Source: an uncultured Eubacteriales bacterium
Lineage (GTDB): Bacteria; Bacillota; Clostridia; Oscillospirales; Acutalibacteraceae
Length of the DNA: 64,000 bases
Direction of reading: 5' to 3'
NCBI GenBank assembly: GCA_900317985.1
Contig: ONJD01000001.1
Location: 3,532-67,531 of the forward strand
Position numbers and translations under genes: made by a program. Positions within the stretch are counted from its first letter, which is position 1, and every line of letters starts with the position of its first letter. This document shows, one piece after another, positions 1 through 10,086 of this stretch. Below the pieces are notes generated by a model. That model was not told the origin of the DNA and did no database searches. It saw only the letters and a list, made by a program, of their open reading frames with translations.

Positions 1-151
1 TGGAGTGATGGTCATGCGGATGCTCTTTCAGATGAGCATTCAGGTCGTTGATTCGTTTGGTGAGCACTGCGATCTGGACCTCGGGAGAACCGGTGTCGCC
101 TTCGTGAGTCGCGTACTCTTTCATGATTTCCTGTTTTTCCTGCTGAGTCAT
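1..151 (-). CDS. rpsO: 30S ribosomal protein S15, N-terminal ~50 codons (gene runs off the left edge)
   Basis: Not in the ORF track because it is truncated. Reverse-strand ATG at 149-151 with GAGGTG upstream. My translation [50 protein letters not shown] is a typical S15 N-terminus. Canonical position after truB-ribF. Confidence 0.9.
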   Translation of the reverse strand, partial: MTQQEKQEIMKEYATHEGDTGSPEVQIAVLTKRINDLNAHLKEHPHDHHS

Positions 152-255
152 GTTGTTTCACCTCATTCAAAATATAGTGCAGACTTCCCAGGGAGCGGCC
201 GGTGATGACTTACAGTTGGTAAGTTTACTCCGTTCTCCGAGAAATGAGCGTGTGT

Positions 256-284
256 AGTATAGCACAGGTCTTTTCAATTGTAAA
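256..284 (-). promoter_or_regulatory. Candidate sigma-A promoter of rpsO (TTTACA-17-TATACT)
   Basis: Reverse strand reads TTTACA (279-284), a 17-nt spacer, then TATACT (256-261). This leaves a ~100-nt leader before the rpsO ATG. Confidence 0.55.
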
Positions 285-307
285 GAAAAAACCTTTTAAG
301 CCGAGTG

Positions 308-1219
308 TCAGCCGAGAACATCGAGTTCCCCGATCGTTCGAACGGTCGCGATGTCGGTGCGGATCTGCGCTTCCAGTGCTTCGAACGACTCGAATTTCTT
401 CTCCGGTCGAAGGAATTTGAGCAGGCAGACATCGACATATTTCCCGTAGAGATCGCCCTCGTAATCGAGGAGGTAGGTCTCGCTCGAGAGGATGTCATTG
501 TCCCGGACCGTCGGGCGGACGCCGATGTTGGTGGCGCCGAAATAGGTCCTGCCGTCGACGACACATTTGGAGGCGTAGACGCCGTGGCGCGGGACGACCA
601 GTTCTTCCGGATAGGGCTGATTGATGGTCGGGATGCCCCAGGTGCGGCCGCGTTTGTCCCCGTCGACCACCTGCTGGCGGTACTTGAAGGGACGGCCGAG
701 CATCCGGTTGGCCAGTTCGACATTGCCGCCGGCCAGCGCGTTGCGGATCCGGGTCGAACTGACGGGAGTGCCGTCGAGGACCGTGGCCTCCGCCTCTTCG
801 AAGACGACGCCTTTTTCCGCGCACATGCGTTCGAGCATCTCCGGAGTCCCCTTCCCCTTGTCGCCAAAGGTGTAGTTGAATCCGCAGCAGACGCCTGCCA
901 CGTGGAGGGTCTTGAAGAGGATCTCTTCGAAGAACGCCTCGGGGCTCATATGCATGATGGACGCAAAGTCCAGCTTGACGACTTCGATACCGGTGCTGCG
1001 GAACACTTCATCTTTCACATCGCCCGTGAACAGCGCCGGAGGCTCTTTGCCGGCGAGCACTTTCAGGGGATGCTCGGAGAAGGTGCAGATGCAGGGCACC
1101 GCGTCGAGCATGGTCGCAAGGTTTTTGGCATTGTTGATGACCGCCATATGTCCGAGATGGAGGCCGTCAAAACTGCCGAGGGCCACAACGGAGCCCTTTT
1201 GCATGAATTCGTTGTACAT
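308..1219 (-). CDS. ribF: Bifunctional riboflavin kinase / FAD synthetase
   Basis: 303 aa. N-terminal nucleotidyltransferase motif GSFDGLHLGH, C-terminal kinase region (GRTWGIPTIN, PTVR). Follows truB as in most bacteria. Confidence 0.93.
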   Translation of the reverse strand: MYNEFMQKGSVVALGSFDGLHLGHMAVINNAKNLATMLDAVPCICTFSEHPLKVLAGKEPPALFTGDVKDEVFRSTGIEVVKLDFASIMHMSPEAFFEEILFKTLHVAGVCCGFNYTFGDKGKGTPEMLERMCAEKGVVFEEAEATVLDGTPVSSTRIRNALAGGNVELANRMLGRPFKYRQQVVDGDKRGRTWGIPTINQPYPEELVVPRHGVYASKCVVDGRTYFGATNIGVRPTVRDNDILSSETYLLDYEGDLYGKYVDVCLLKFLRPEKKFESFEALEAQIRTDIATVRTIGELDVLG

Positions 1220-1223
1220 GGGT

Positions 1224-2144
1224 TCACCTGTTTACGAAAACTCTCCGGACCGTCAGCGTGCCGGTCTCCCGGCAGACTTCTCCCAGTCCGAGGAATTCAT
1301 TGTCTGGAGTAAGGACCCGGAGGAGCGCGCCGTCGTCCGGCGTCTCCGGGAAAAGAAGGCGGTCGAGGGAAAGCTCTCCGCCGTTCCGGAACCGGTTGCC
1401 CTGCGGACCGGTCACGGTGACCGCGTCCAGGAAGCGGAGCGCCTCCTCGAGGGGCATGACCCGTTCATCGAGGGTCCCGGCATCCCGCGCATCTTCGAGG
1501 TCTTCGAGCGTGACGGCCCGGTCCAGCGTGAACACGCCGACCTGCGTCCGCAGAAGAGCCGCCATGGAGGCGCCGCAGCCGAGCGTTGCCCCGATGTCGT
1601 CGATGAGGGTCCGAATATAAGTGCCGCCGGAACAGGTGACATCCAGCACATATTCCCCGTTCGAGGGGTCTGTGCCGTCCGTTCCGTCTGGCAGTAATTC
1701 CAATTCGAAAATGGTGACCGGCCGCGCTTCCCGCTCCACTTCCACGCCCTGACGGGCAAGGTCGTAGAGCCGCACGCCGTCTTTTTTGAGCGCCGAATAC
1801 ATGGGCGGCACCTGCAGGATGTCCCCGCGGAACTCGTCGAGGACCGGGAGGATCTCCTCCCTCCCCGCCGAGACTTCCCTCGTTTCGAGGACCGTGCCGG
1901 AGAGGTCGAGGGTGTCGGTGACGACGCCCAGTTTCATGACCGCGCGGTACTGTTTCGGTGTCGTCGGCAGGAACTCGAGGAACCGGGTGGCTCCTCCGAG
2001 CATGACGGGCAGGACGCCGGTCGCGTCGGGGTCGAGCGTGCCGCAGTGGCCCGCCTTCTTCTCCCCGGTGATGCCCCGGACCTTCCGCACGGCCTGGAAC
2101 GACGTGATGCCTTCGGGCTTGCGAAGACAGAGGATGCCGGTCAT
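1224..2144 (-). CDS. truB: tRNA pseudouridine(55) synthase TruB
   Basis: Contains KKAGHCGTLDPDATGVLPV (catalytic Asp motif). The ORF track starts at GTG 2153; I prefer ATG 2144, which overlaps the upstream stop as ATGA. Confidence 0.92.
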   Translation of the reverse strand: MTGILCLRKPEGITSFQAVRKVRGITGEKKAGHCGTLDPDATGVLPVMLGGATRFLEFLPTTPKQYRAVMKLGVVTDTLDLSGTVLETREVSAGREEILPVLDEFRGDILQVPPMYSALKKDGVRLYDLARQGVEVEREARPVTIFELELLPDGTDGTDPSNGEYVLDVTCSGGTYIRTLIDDIGATLGCGASMAALLRTQVGVFTLDRAVTLEDLEDARDAGTLDERVMPLEEALRFLDAVTVTGPQGNRFRNGGELSLDRLLFPETPDDGALLRVLTPDNEFLGLGEVCRETGTLTVRRVFVNR

Positions 2145-3094
2145 AACGCGCACCCGAGCTGTTCGGCGATATACGAGAGCAGCGTCTGAAGGGACGCCTC
2201 TTCGTCCGGGCCGGCATTGCAGCCCGCGGCCCGCATGTGTCCGCCGCCGTCGAGCAACCCGCAGATGGCAGACGCGTCGAGCGGTTCATGGGTGCGAAGA
2301 GAGATCTTCCAGGTGCCGTCTTCCTGTTCCTTCATGGTGATGCCGCAGAGCACGCCCTCGATCTGGCGGGACATGGCGGTCACGAAGTCGAAGGTATCGG
2401 TGTCGGCGTGGCGCCGTTCCAGCATCTCCTGAGAGATCTTGAGGACCGAGACTTTCCCGCCGCAGAACATCCGCAGGCCTGCGAACGCGTCGGACAGGAC
2501 CTGGAACTGCGCGAGGGGTTTCGTCTCGAACATCTTCACGTTGATCCGCGCGTTGTCCGCCCCCAGTTCGATGAGGTCGGCCGCGGCACGGTAACACTCC
2601 GCATTGGCGTTGGAGTACCGGAAGCATCCGGTGTCGGTGGAGAGCCCGGTGTAAAGGGCGTCCGCCATGGGGGCGTCGATCGCCGCTCCGAGTTCCCGGA
2701 AAATGCGGTACAGGGACAGCGCGGCAGCGCCGTCGTCCGGACACAGGTGGGTCTCCTTCGCGTACAGCGTGTTGGAAATATGGTGGTCGATGCACAGGTC
2801 GACCCGGTCCGCGAGGTCCTCGAGAGAGCCCAGCAGCTTCGGGTCCGCCACATCGACGGAAATGATGCACTTCGGTTCGAACGTCTCCTGCGGGAGCCCT
2901 TCGAACAGGTAGTCGAACTTGGACGGGATGGGGTCGGCGTTCACGACAGTGGCCCGCTTCCCGAGGGAGAGCAGGTAACGGCAGAGCGCCGCGCCGGTGC
3001 CGAGGCAGTCCCCGTCCGGGTTCTTGTGGGTGAGGATGAGCACGTCCTCGCTGTTCGCGAGGATCTCCCCGACCCGGCGGATGTCAGCCTGCAT
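2141..3094 (-). CDS. nrnA: DHH/DHHA1 phosphoesterase (NrnA-type oligoribonuclease / pAp phosphatase)
   Basis: 317 aa. DHH motifs HKNPDGDCLG and CIDHH, and DHHA1 motif GGGHMRAAG. The location between rbfA and truB is common in Firmicutes. Confidence 0.78.
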   Translation of the reverse strand: MQADIRRVGEILANSEDVLILTHKNPDGDCLGTGAALCRYLLSLGKRATVVNADPIPSKFDYLFEGLPQETFEPKCIISVDVADPKLLGSLEDLADRVDLCIDHHISNTLYAKETHLCPDDGAAALSLYRIFRELGAAIDAPMADALYTGLSTDTGCFRYSNANAECYRAAADLIELGADNARINVKMFETKPLAQFQVLSDAFAGLRMFCGGKVSVLKISQEMLERRHADTDTFDFVTAMSRQIEGVLCGITMKEQEDGTWKISLRTHEPLDASAICGLLDGGGHMRAAGCNAGPDEEASLQTLLSYIAEQLGCAL

Positions 3095-3447
3095 CAGTCT
3101 TTGCCTCCTGTCAGGGTCTCAAGTTCCTTGATGATCTCCATGCCGTGGGCGATGGAGTCGTCGGCGATGAATTTGAGTTCGGGGGCCTTGCGCAGGTGGA
3201 GGTTGCGGGCGATCTCGCCCCGAAGGTACCCGGCCGCGTTGTTGAGCGCCGCGGCGGCCTCCTTCGCCCCCTCCAGTCCGGCGAGGTCGCTGATGTAGAC
3301 TTTCGCGTAGGTACTGTCGCTGGAGACATTGACACGGACGACGGTCAGGATCTTGCCCTTCACGCGGGGGTCTTTGACGCCCTGCATGACGACCGCCAGC
3401 TCCCGCTTGATGTCTTCCGCGGTACGCTGTGACTTATGGGATGGCAT
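3094..3447 (-). CDS. rbfA: Ribosome-binding factor A
   Basis: 117 aa. Contains RTAEDIKRELAVVM...DPRVKG...VTVVRVNVSSDSTYAKVY, typical of RbfA. Immediately downstream of infB. Confidence 0.92.
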   Translation of the reverse strand: MPSHKSQRTAEDIKRELAVVMQGVKDPRVKGKILTVVRVNVSSDSTYAKVYISDLAGLEGAKEAAAALNNAAGYLRGEIARNLHLRKAPELKFIADDSIAHGMEIIKELETLTGGKD

Positions 3448-3459
3448 GGAACACCCTCC

Positions 3460-5877
3460 TTAGTCTCTGTATTCTTCGGTGATGTAGGCTTCGAAAATGT
3501 CGCCTTCCTTGAGGTCGTTGAATTTTTCCAGACCGATACCGCATTCATAACCGGACGCGACTTCCTTGACGTCGTCCTTGAAACGGCGCAGGGACTGGAT
3601 GGCGTCTTCGGCCACGATGATGCCGTCGCGGACGACACGGAGTTTGGCGTCTCTCGTGATCTTGCCGTTCAGGACATAGGAACCGGCGATGGTGCCCGCG
3701 GAAGAGATCTTGAAGACGTTGCGGACTTCGGCGCGGCCGATGTCGACGTCGCGGTACTTCGGCGCCAGCATACCCTTGATGGCGTCCTGGACATCGTTGA
3801 TGCAGTCGTAGATGACGCGGTAGGTACGGATCTCGACGCCGTCGCGTTCGGCATTGGCGACCGCTTCCGCTTCCGGACGGACGTTGAAGCCGATGATGAT
3901 GGCATTCGAGGCGTTCGCCAGCATGACGTCGGAGTCGACGATGCCGCCTGCTGCGCCGTGGATGACGCGGACGCGGACCTCGTCGTTCGAGAGTTTCTCG
4001 AGGCTCTGCTTGACAGCCTCGACGGAACCCTGGACGTCGGCTTTGACGATGATGTTGAGGTCTTTGAGCTCGCCCTCTTTGAGGGAGGCGAACAGGTTGT
4101 CGAGCGTGACCTTCTGCTGAGCGTTGAACTGCTCTTCCTTGATGGCCTGCTTTCTCTGCTCGACCAGTTCACGGGCCAGTTTCTCATCGGAAACGGCGTC
4201 GAAGGCGTCGCCCGCCTGCGGGACTTCCGCGAGACCGGTGACCTCGACGGGAACCGCCGGGCCGGCTTTCTTCAGCTGTTTGCCGCGTTCATTGGTCATG
4301 ACGCGGACACGGCCGACCGCGGTACCGGCGACGACGATGTCGCCCGTATTGAGGGTACCGTTCTGGACGAGGAGGGTGGCGACAGGGCCGCGGCCCTTGT
4401 CGAGCTTCGCCTCGATGACGACGCCCTTCGCGGCACGGTTCGGGTTCGCTTTGAGCTCGAGCATCTCGGCGACCAGCAGGACGGACTCCAGAAGCTGGTC
4501 GAGGTTCATGCCGGTCTTGGCAGAGACCGGGACACAGATGGTGTCGCCGCCCCAGTCTTCGGGGACGATCTCATGCTCGGTGAGCTGCTGCAGGATGCGG
4601 TCCGGAGAGGCATCCGGCTTATCCATTTTATTGATGGCGACGACCATCGGGATGCCCGCGGCCTTCGCGTGGTTGATGGCTTCGATGGTCTGCGGCATGA
4701 TACCGTCGTCCGCCGCGACGACCAGGATGGCGATGTCGGTGGCCATGGCGCCGCGGGCACGCATTTCAGTGAATGCCGCGTGGCCGGGGGTGTCGAGGAA
4801 GGTGATGCGCTTGCCGTCGATGTTGACGCGGTACGCGCCGATGGCCTGCGTGATGCCGCCGGCCTCGCCCGCCGTGACGTTGGAGTTCCGGATGGCGTCC
4901 AGGATGGAGGTCTTGCCGTGGTCGACGTGACCCATGACGCAGACGACCGGGTCTCTCGGGAGAAGGTCGGTCTCTTCGTCTTCGGTGTCGTCGATGATCC
5001 GGTCTTCGATGGTGACGACGACGCGTTTCTCGACATGGGCGCCGAGTTCCTCGGCGACGATGGAAGCGGTGTCGAAGTCGATGACATCGTTGATGGATGC
5101 CATCTGACCGAGCGCGAACAGCTTTTTGATGACTTCCGCGGCGGTCATGCGAAGCTCGGAAGCCAGTTCGCCGACGGTGATCTCTTCGCCCACCTGGATG
5201 GTGATCTGCTTCTTCGCGCGCTCTGCCGCGATGCGCTTCAGGCGCTCCTGCTCGGTCTCGCGTTTGCGGGAACGGACACCGCGCTGTTTGCGGTACTGCT
5301 TCGATTTCTGATTGAGCTTCTGACGGGTGTTGTTGACCCGGTCGTTCTGGCGCTGCTGCGGCGCGATCTGCTCATATTTCTCGTTGTATTTCTCGAGGTC
5401 GACGTTCTGCGAACGGGTGTCGATCGTGCGCTTCTCGCCCCTGGTACGGGACTGCTGCTGACCGTCTTTGTTCTTCTTCTCGCGCTTCTGGAACGGATGC
5501 GGATCGGCGTCGACTTTCGGTTTCCGGGGCGCCTCTGCCTTCTTTCCGGCAGGCTTCTCCCCTTTCTTCGCGGGCTTCTCGGCCGGTTTGTCGGCGGCTT
5601 TCTTCGCCTCCGGCTTCTTCTCCTCTTTGGGAGTCTCCTTCTTCGGAGCCTCCTTTTTCGGTGCCGGCTTCTCGTTCTGCATCGCGAAATAGGCATCGAA
5701 GTTCTCGACCTGGTTGTTCTGGGTGATGTACTCGAACAGCGTGTTGAGTTCATCCTCCTCCAGGGCCGTCATGCTCTTCTTCGGTTCTTCATAGAACTGA
5801 CCGAGGAGCGCGACGATGTCCTTCGTGTTCTGTTCGAAGTCTTTCGCGACCTCATGTACTCTGTATTTAATGACCAT
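3460..5877 (-). CDS. infB: Translation initiation factor IF-2
   Basis: G-domain [20 protein letters not shown]; Lys/Pro/Glu-rich N-terminal linker. The ORF track extends to 6090, but [14 protein letters not shown] at ATG 5877 overlaps the ylxQ stop (TAATG) and gives 805 aa. Confidence 0.95.
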   Translation of the reverse strand: MVIKYRVHEVAKDFEQNTKDIVALLGQFYEEPKKSMTALEEDELNTLFEYITQNNQVENFDAYFAMQNEKPAPKKEAPKKETPKEEKKPEAKKAADKPAEKPAKKGEKPAGKKAEAPRKPKVDADPHPFQKREKKNKDGQQQSRTRGEKRTIDTRSQNVDLEKYNEKYEQIAPQQRQNDRVNNTRQKLNQKSKQYRKQRGVRSRKRETEQERLKRIAAERAKKQITIQVGEEITVGELASELRMTAAEVIKKLFALGQMASINDVIDFDTASIVAEELGAHVEKRVVVTIEDRIIDDTEDEETDLLPRDPVVCVMGHVDHGKTSILDAIRNSNVTAGEAGGITQAIGAYRVNIDGKRITFLDTPGHAAFTEMRARGAMATDIAILVVAADDGIMPQTIEAINHAKAAGIPMVVAINKMDKPDASPDRILQQLTEHEIVPEDWGGDTICVPVSAKTGMNLDQLLESVLLVAEMLELKANPNRAAKGVVIEAKLDKGRGPVATLLVQNGTLNTGDIVVAGTAVGRVRVMTNERGKQLKKAGPAVPVEVTGLAEVPQAGDAFDAVSDEKLARELVEQRKQAIKEEQFNAQQKVTLDNLFASLKEGELKDLNIIVKADVQGSVEAVKQSLEKLSNDEVRVRVIHGAAGGIVDSDVMLANASNAIIIGFNVRPEAEAVANAERDGVEIRTYRVIYDCINDVQDAIKGMLAPKYRDVDIGRAEVRNVFKISSAGTIAGSYVLNGKITRDAKLRVVRDGIIVAEDAIQSLRRFKDDVKEVASGYECGIGLEKFNDLKEGDIFEAYITEEYRD

Positions 5878-6197
5878 TAATTCTTGTCCTCCTTCGAAAG
5901 AAGCTCCGTGAGCTTCGAAGCAAATCCGGCGTCCGTCACGGTGAATACCGCGCATTTTTGTCCGGTCGCCATCTGTATCTCTCTCATCGTGCAATCCAGT
6001 TCCTCGAGGGGAACCTGCCGCCCTTTGTAACGGACGGTCTCTTTGAATTCCTCTTTGAGCCGCTCCGAAGCGTCGGTCGTAAGGAAGCACATCTTTGCTT
6101 TTCCTTTGGCGATTGACTCGAATGCGGCGTCATGGCCTCCCGCGAACTTTCCAGCCCGCTTTGCAAGGCCGAACATATTAAGGATCTGCGAGTTCAT
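5877..6197 (-). CDS. ylxQ: L7Ae-family RNA-binding protein YlxQ
   Basis: 106 aa. Contains [15 protein letters not shown]...[12 protein letters not shown]. Conserved slot between ylxR and infB. Confidence 0.85.
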   Translation of the reverse strand: MNSQILNMFGLAKRAGKFAGGHDAAFESIAKGKAKMCFLTTDASERLKEEFKETVRYKGRQVPLEELDCTMREIQMATGQKCAVFTVTDAGFASKLTELLSKEDKN

Positions 6198-6456
6198 CGT
6201 TTTTTAGATCCGCCTCCATTCGGTCATAGATCTCTGCGGGGACCGCCATGGAAAACTCCCGTTCCAGCCGTCTGGCTTTGCGCGCTTTCTTGAGGCATTC
6301 CTCGTTTTTACAGAGGTATGCGCCCCGCCCGGGCATCTTCCCGGTCAGGTCGAGAGAGATCTCTCCCTCTTTGTTCTTGACGACCCGCACGAGAGAGGAT
6401 TTCTCCTTCATCTCCATGCAGCCGACACAGCGTCGCATCGGGGTCTTCTTTGGCAT
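6178..6456 (-). CDS. ylxR: YlxR/RnpM (DUF448) protein
   Basis: 92 aa. Contains RRCVGC...LVRVV...D..GK.PGRGAYLC, the DUF448 signature. Immediately downstream of nusA. Confidence 0.88.
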   Translation of the reverse strand: MPKKTPMRRCVGCMEMKEKSSLVRVVKNKEGEISLDLTGKMPGRGAYLCKNEECLKKARKARRLEREFSMAVPAEIYDRMEADLKNDELADP

Positions 6457-6480
6457 AGTTCCACCGCCTTCTTGTTTCGG

Positions 6481-7554
6481 TTATTCTTCGTCTTCCGTTT
6501 CCGGAGCCTCTTCGATCTTGCCGCTTTCCGGGTTGATATCGATCTTCCAGCCGGTCAGCTTGGCAGCGAGGCGGGCGTTCTGACCCTTGTTGCCGATGGC
6601 GAGCGAGAGCTGGTCGTCCGGGACGATGGCCCGGCAGGACTTCTCTTCCTCGTCAAGGATGATGACATCGATGACATCGGCGGGAGCCAGCGCGTTGGAA
6701 ATGAATCTGGCGGGGTCTTCATCGTAAGGTACGATGTCGATCTTCTCGCCGTTCAGCATGTCGACGATCTTGCCGACACGGGCACCGCGGGCACCGATGC
6801 AGGCGCCGACGGCGTCGACTTTCTCATCGGAGCTGGCGACGGCGATCTTCGTACGGGAGCCGGCCTCACGGGCGACCTCCTTGATCTCGACCGTGCCCTC
6901 GGAGATCTCGGGGACCTCGGTCTCGAAGAGCCGGCGGACCAGACCGTGGTAGGTTCTGGAGATGAGCGCGCGGGGACCTTTCTCGGTCTCCTTGACATCG
7001 ACGACATAGACCTTGATGAGGTCGCCGTCATGCAGCTCTTCGCCGGGGATCTGCTCGCCCTTCGGGAGGACGGCTTCGGCGCGGCCGATCTCGACGGTGG
7101 CGTTGCCGTTGATGGGGTTGATGTTCGAGACCTTCGCCGTGACGATCTCCTGGTTGTGGGTCTTGAACTCTTCCATGTTGCGGCCGCGCTCCGCGTCGCG
7201 GATGCCCTGACGGATGACGTGTTTCGCCGTCTGGGCGTCGATGCGTCCGAAGCTCTTCGTGTCGAGCGGGATCTCGATGATGTCTCCGGGCTTGGCGGTC
7301 TTCTTATACTTCTTCGCGGCCTCGACTAAAATGTCGGTGTCTTCGTCGTCGATCACGTCGACCACGTTCTTGCGAAGATAGACGTTGAGTTCTTTTTTCT
7401 CGGGGTCGATGTCGCAGAAGACGACATCCTTTCCGTTGTAATTTCTCTTCTCTGCGACGACCAGTGCATTGGCGATCTTTTCGTAAAGGAATTCCACCGG
7501 GATCCCTTTCTCTGCTGCCATCAGCTGTACCGCGTCAAAAAATTCCTGATTCAT
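6481..7554 (-). CDS. nusA: Transcription termination/antitermination factor NusA
   Basis: 357 aa. N-terminal domain, S1 domain and KH domains (ISRT.., GACIGARGARV, AIGNKGQNARLA). Confidence 0.95.
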   Translation of the reverse strand: MNQEFFDAVQLMAAEKGIPVEFLYEKIANALVVAEKRNYNGKDVVFCDIDPEKKELNVYLRKNVVDVIDDEDTDILVEAAKKYKKTAKPGDIIEIPLDTKSFGRIDAQTAKHVIRQGIRDAERGRNMEEFKTHNQEIVTAKVSNINPINGNATVEIGRAEAVLPKGEQIPGEELHDGDLIKVYVVDVKETEKGPRALISRTYHGLVRRLFETEVPEISEGTVEIKEVAREAGSRTKIAVASSDEKVDAVGACIGARGARVGKIVDMLNGEKIDIVPYDEDPARFISNALAPADVIDVIILDEEEKSCRAIVPDDQLSLAIGNKGQNARLAAKLTGWKIDINPESGKIEEAPETEDEE

Positions 7555-7581
7555 TTTTGTTGATCTTCCTTTCTATCGGCT

Positions 7582-8070
7582 TCAGTCTACGTAGGAATCG
7601 AAATCATCCAGTTTTACGTAAGACGCTTCTTTTTTATGGAATACGAAGGACCTGCCCTCGTTGGTGGCGATGGTGACATTGCCGTTGTCATACCCTTCGA
7701 GGGTGCCTTTCCACTCTCTCTGTCCGTCGAGCGGGCGGATGAGTTTCACCATGATCGGCGCTCCGAGGAACTGCTCGAAGTGTTCGTCTCTCGTCAGCGG
7801 GCGTTCCGCTCCGGGAGAAGAGACTTCCAGCGTGTAGCTGACCGAGATGGGGTCAGCCTCGTCGAGCGGGCCGTCGATGGCGTGGGTCATATCGACGCAG
7901 TCGTCGATGGAAACTCCCTCGTCCTTGTCGATGAAGATGCGCAGATAGTGCTCGGCGCCCTCCTTGACGAAGCGGACGTCCCAGACCCGGAGGCCCAGTT
8001 CCGCCGCGAGGGGTTCGGCGATCTCACGGACCGTCTGGGTCACGTTGCCGCCGTGCTTTTTGTTGGCCAT
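7582..8070 (-). CDS. rimP: Ribosome maturation factor RimP
   Basis: Contains IAEPLAAELGLRVWDVRFVKEG..HYLRIFIDK...SPG.ERPL. The ORF-track start (8124) is a TTG artefact. ATG 8070 has an AAGGAGAC RBS and gives 162 aa. Confidence 0.88.
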   Translation of the reverse strand: MANKKHGGNVTQTVREIAEPLAAELGLRVWDVRFVKEGAEHYLRIFIDKDEGVSIDDCVDMTHAIDGPLDEADPISVSYTLEVSSPGAERPLTRDEHFEQFLGAPIMVKLIRPLDGQREWKGTLEGYDNGNVTIATNEGRSFVFHKKEASYVKLDDFDSYVD

Positions 8071-8122
8071 TCCTGTCTCCTTTTTTGGCGATCCATGTAC
8101 TTTTTTAAAGAATCGCATAAAC

Positions 8123-8151
8123 AATGAAGAGCGGCGGAGCCACTCTTCATT
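8123..8151 (-). terminator. Terminator-like hairpin between proS and rimP, inside the rimP-nusA leader
   Basis: AATGAAGAG / CTCTTCATT 9-bp stem plus an inner GGC/GCC. On the reverse strand it is followed by an interrupted U-tract (GTTTATGCGATTCTTT). Confidence 0.5.
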
Positions 8152-8178
8152 ACAACTTACTCTTTAACTTACTGCACT

Positions 8179-8207
8179 ATATTAGCACGGGTCCCTTTAG
8201 AAAGCAA
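8179..8207 (-). promoter_or_regulatory. Candidate promoter of the rimP-nusA-infB operon (TTGCTT-17-TAATAT)
   Basis: Reverse strand: TTGCTT (8202-8207), a 17-nt spacer, TAATAT (8179-8184). Lies just after the proS stop. Confidence 0.45.
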
Positions 8208-8215
8208 GCATTTTC

Positions 8216-9658
8216 TTAATAGGCCTTGCCCCACAGGACCATGGTGCGCGCGGGCTTCCCGCAGCAGACACAGACGTCGGAGACCGCTTCCTGAGCGAAG
8301 GGGATGCAGCGGGAACCGGCACCGGTCTCTTCCTTGACCTTGTCCTCACACTCCTCGCTCTCGCACCACATGGCGTGGATGAACCCGTCGCCCTGTTCCT
8401 CGAGCGCCTTCTTCATCTCGTCGATGGTCTTGCAGCGGTAGGTCTTCTTCTCGCGGTTCTCGAGCGCGTTGGCGTACATGACGTCGCGGACCTCCTGCAG
8501 TTTCTGCGGGATGGCGGTCTCGAGGTCGTCGAGCGAGACGAAGGTCTTCTCGCGGTCGGGACGGGTGACGACGACGCACTGGTTCTGCTCGATGTCTCTC
8601 GGGCCGACTTCGATGCGGACCGGAACACCTTTCATCTCATATTCGGAGAATTTCCAGCCGGGGCTGTTGTCGCTGTCGTCGAGTTTGACGCGGACACCGG
8701 CCGCCTTCAGACGGTCGCGGAGTTCCTCCGCCTTCTCGAGGACGCCTTCCTTGTGCATGGCGACCGGGACGATGACGGCCTGGATGGGCGCGACTGCCGG
8801 CGGCAGGCACAGTCCGTTGTCGTCACCGTGGGCCATGATGATGGCGCCGATGGTCCGGGTGGTCATGCCCCAGGAGGTCTCGAAGGGAGCCTGGAGCTGG
8901 TTGTCTTTGTTCTGGAACTGGATCTCGAACGCTTTCGCGAATCCATCGCCGAAGTAATGGGAGGTGCCCGCCTGGAGCGCCTTGCCGTCGTGCATCAGAG
9001 CCTCGATGGCATAGGTGGCCTCGGCGCCGGCGAACTTGTCGGACTCGGTCTTCTTGCCGCGGACGACCGGGATGGCGAGATCTTTCTCGTAGAAGTCGGC
9101 ATAGATGTTCAGCATGCGCTCGGTCTCTTCGATGGCTTCCTCCGCGGTGGCGTGCAGGGTATGGCCCTCCTGCCACAGGAATTCACGGGAACGCAGGAAC
9201 GGACGTGTGGTCTTCTCCCAGCGCACGACGCTGACCCACTGGTTGTAGAGTTTCGGCAGGTCGCGGTAGGACTGGACGACGTCTTTCCAGTGGTCGCAGA
9301 ACAGGGTCTCGGACGTCGGGCGGACGCAGAGACGCTCTTCGAGCTGCTCGCTGCCGCCGATCGTGACCCAGGCGCACTCGGGCGCGAAGCCTTCGACGTG
9401 GTCCTTCTCCTTGTCGAGAAGGCTCTCCGGGATGAACATCGGCATGTTGACGTTCTCGTGTCCGGTCTCCTTGAAGTAGCCGTCGAGGAGGCTCTGGATG
9501 TGTTCCCAGATCGCGTAGCCGTACGGGCGGATGACCATACAGCCCTTGACGCTCGTATAGCTGACCAGTTCGGCCTTTTTACAGATGTCCGTATACCACT
9601 TGGCAAAATCGACATCCATGGAAGTGATGTCTTCCACCATCTTTTTCTGCTTTGCCAT
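8216..9658 (-). CDS. proS: Proline--tRNA ligase (short archaeal/eukaryote-like type)
   Basis: 480 aa with no INS editing domain. Class II motifs and a Cys-rich C-terminal end ([12 protein letters not shown]...CIPF...CVCCGKPA). Confidence 0.92.
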   Translation of the reverse strand: MAKQKKMVEDITSMDVDFAKWYTDICKKAELVSYTSVKGCMVIRPYGYAIWEHIQSLLDGYFKETGHENVNMPMFIPESLLDKEKDHVEGFAPECAWVTIGGSEQLEERLCVRPTSETLFCDHWKDVVQSYRDLPKLYNQWVSVVRWEKTTRPFLRSREFLWQEGHTLHATAEEAIEETERMLNIYADFYEKDLAIPVVRGKKTESDKFAGAEATYAIEALMHDGKALQAGTSHYFGDGFAKAFEIQFQNKDNQLQAPFETSWGMTTRTIGAIIMAHGDDNGLCLPPAVAPIQAVIVPVAMHKEGVLEKAEELRDRLKAAGVRVKLDDSDNSPGWKFSEYEMKGVPVRIEVGPRDIEQNQCVVVTRPDREKTFVSLDDLETAIPQKLQEVRDVMYANALENREKKTYRCKTIDEMKKALEEQGDGFIHAMWCESEECEDKVKEETGAGSRCIPFAQEAVSDVCVCCGKPARTMVLWGKAY

Positions 9659-9730
9659 GAAAAGATCTCCTTCAAAAGAATTCGTATAAGGTTCGCTATA
9701 TTATATAGTATACTTCCCCATTCGTCCAGT

Positions 9731-9759
9731 AAAAAAGACCCGCGAGGAGTACCCGCGGG
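9731..9759 (-). terminator. Intrinsic terminator after acpP
   Basis: CCCGCG / CGCGGG stem (9739-9759), followed on the reverse strand by TTTTTT (9731-9736). Confidence 0.7.
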
Positions 9760-9783
9760 CCGGAATGGTTCGATGGAAAACGG

Positions 9784-10014
9784 TCAGTCGACCAGGTTCT
9801 CGATGAAACGGACTGCATCTCCGACGGTACGGATCTCATCGGCAGCGTCGTCCGGGACTTCGATGTCATACTCTTCTTCAACGGACATGATGAGGTCGAC
9901 CAGTTCGATGCTGTCGGCACCGAGGTCTTCGAGAAGAGTGGACTCCATTGTGATTTCGTCTTCGTCAATGTCCAGCTGGTCAGCGAGAAGCTTGCGGATC
10001 GTTTCAAATACCAT
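9784..10014 (-). CDS. acpP: Acyl carrier protein
   Basis: 76 aa, acidic, with the phosphopantetheine attachment motif LGADSIELV. No fab/pls genes are adjacent. Confidence 0.88.
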   Translation of the reverse strand: MVFETIRKLLADQLDIDEDEITMESTLLEDLGADSIELVDLIMSVEEEYDIEVPDDAADEIRTVGDAVRFIENLVD

Positions 10015-10058
10015 GGTTATATCCTCCTGTGGGGTCAGTATTCTGATTACACTTTTAT

Positions 10059-10086
10059 GTTATAGTAGCTTTTCAATAATTGTCAA
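10059..10086 (-). promoter_or_regulatory. Candidate acpP promoter (TTGACA-16-TATAAC)
   Basis: Reverse strand: TTGACA (10081-10086), a 16-nt spacer, TATAAC (10059-10064). Confidence 0.6.

Noticed and set aside
3436-5880. 814-aa ORF on the plus strand opposite infB
   Set aside because: It is exactly antisense to a confidently identified gene. The product is low-complexity and rich in Asp/Gly/Val/Arg, typical of GC-driven shadow frames, and it has no RBS.
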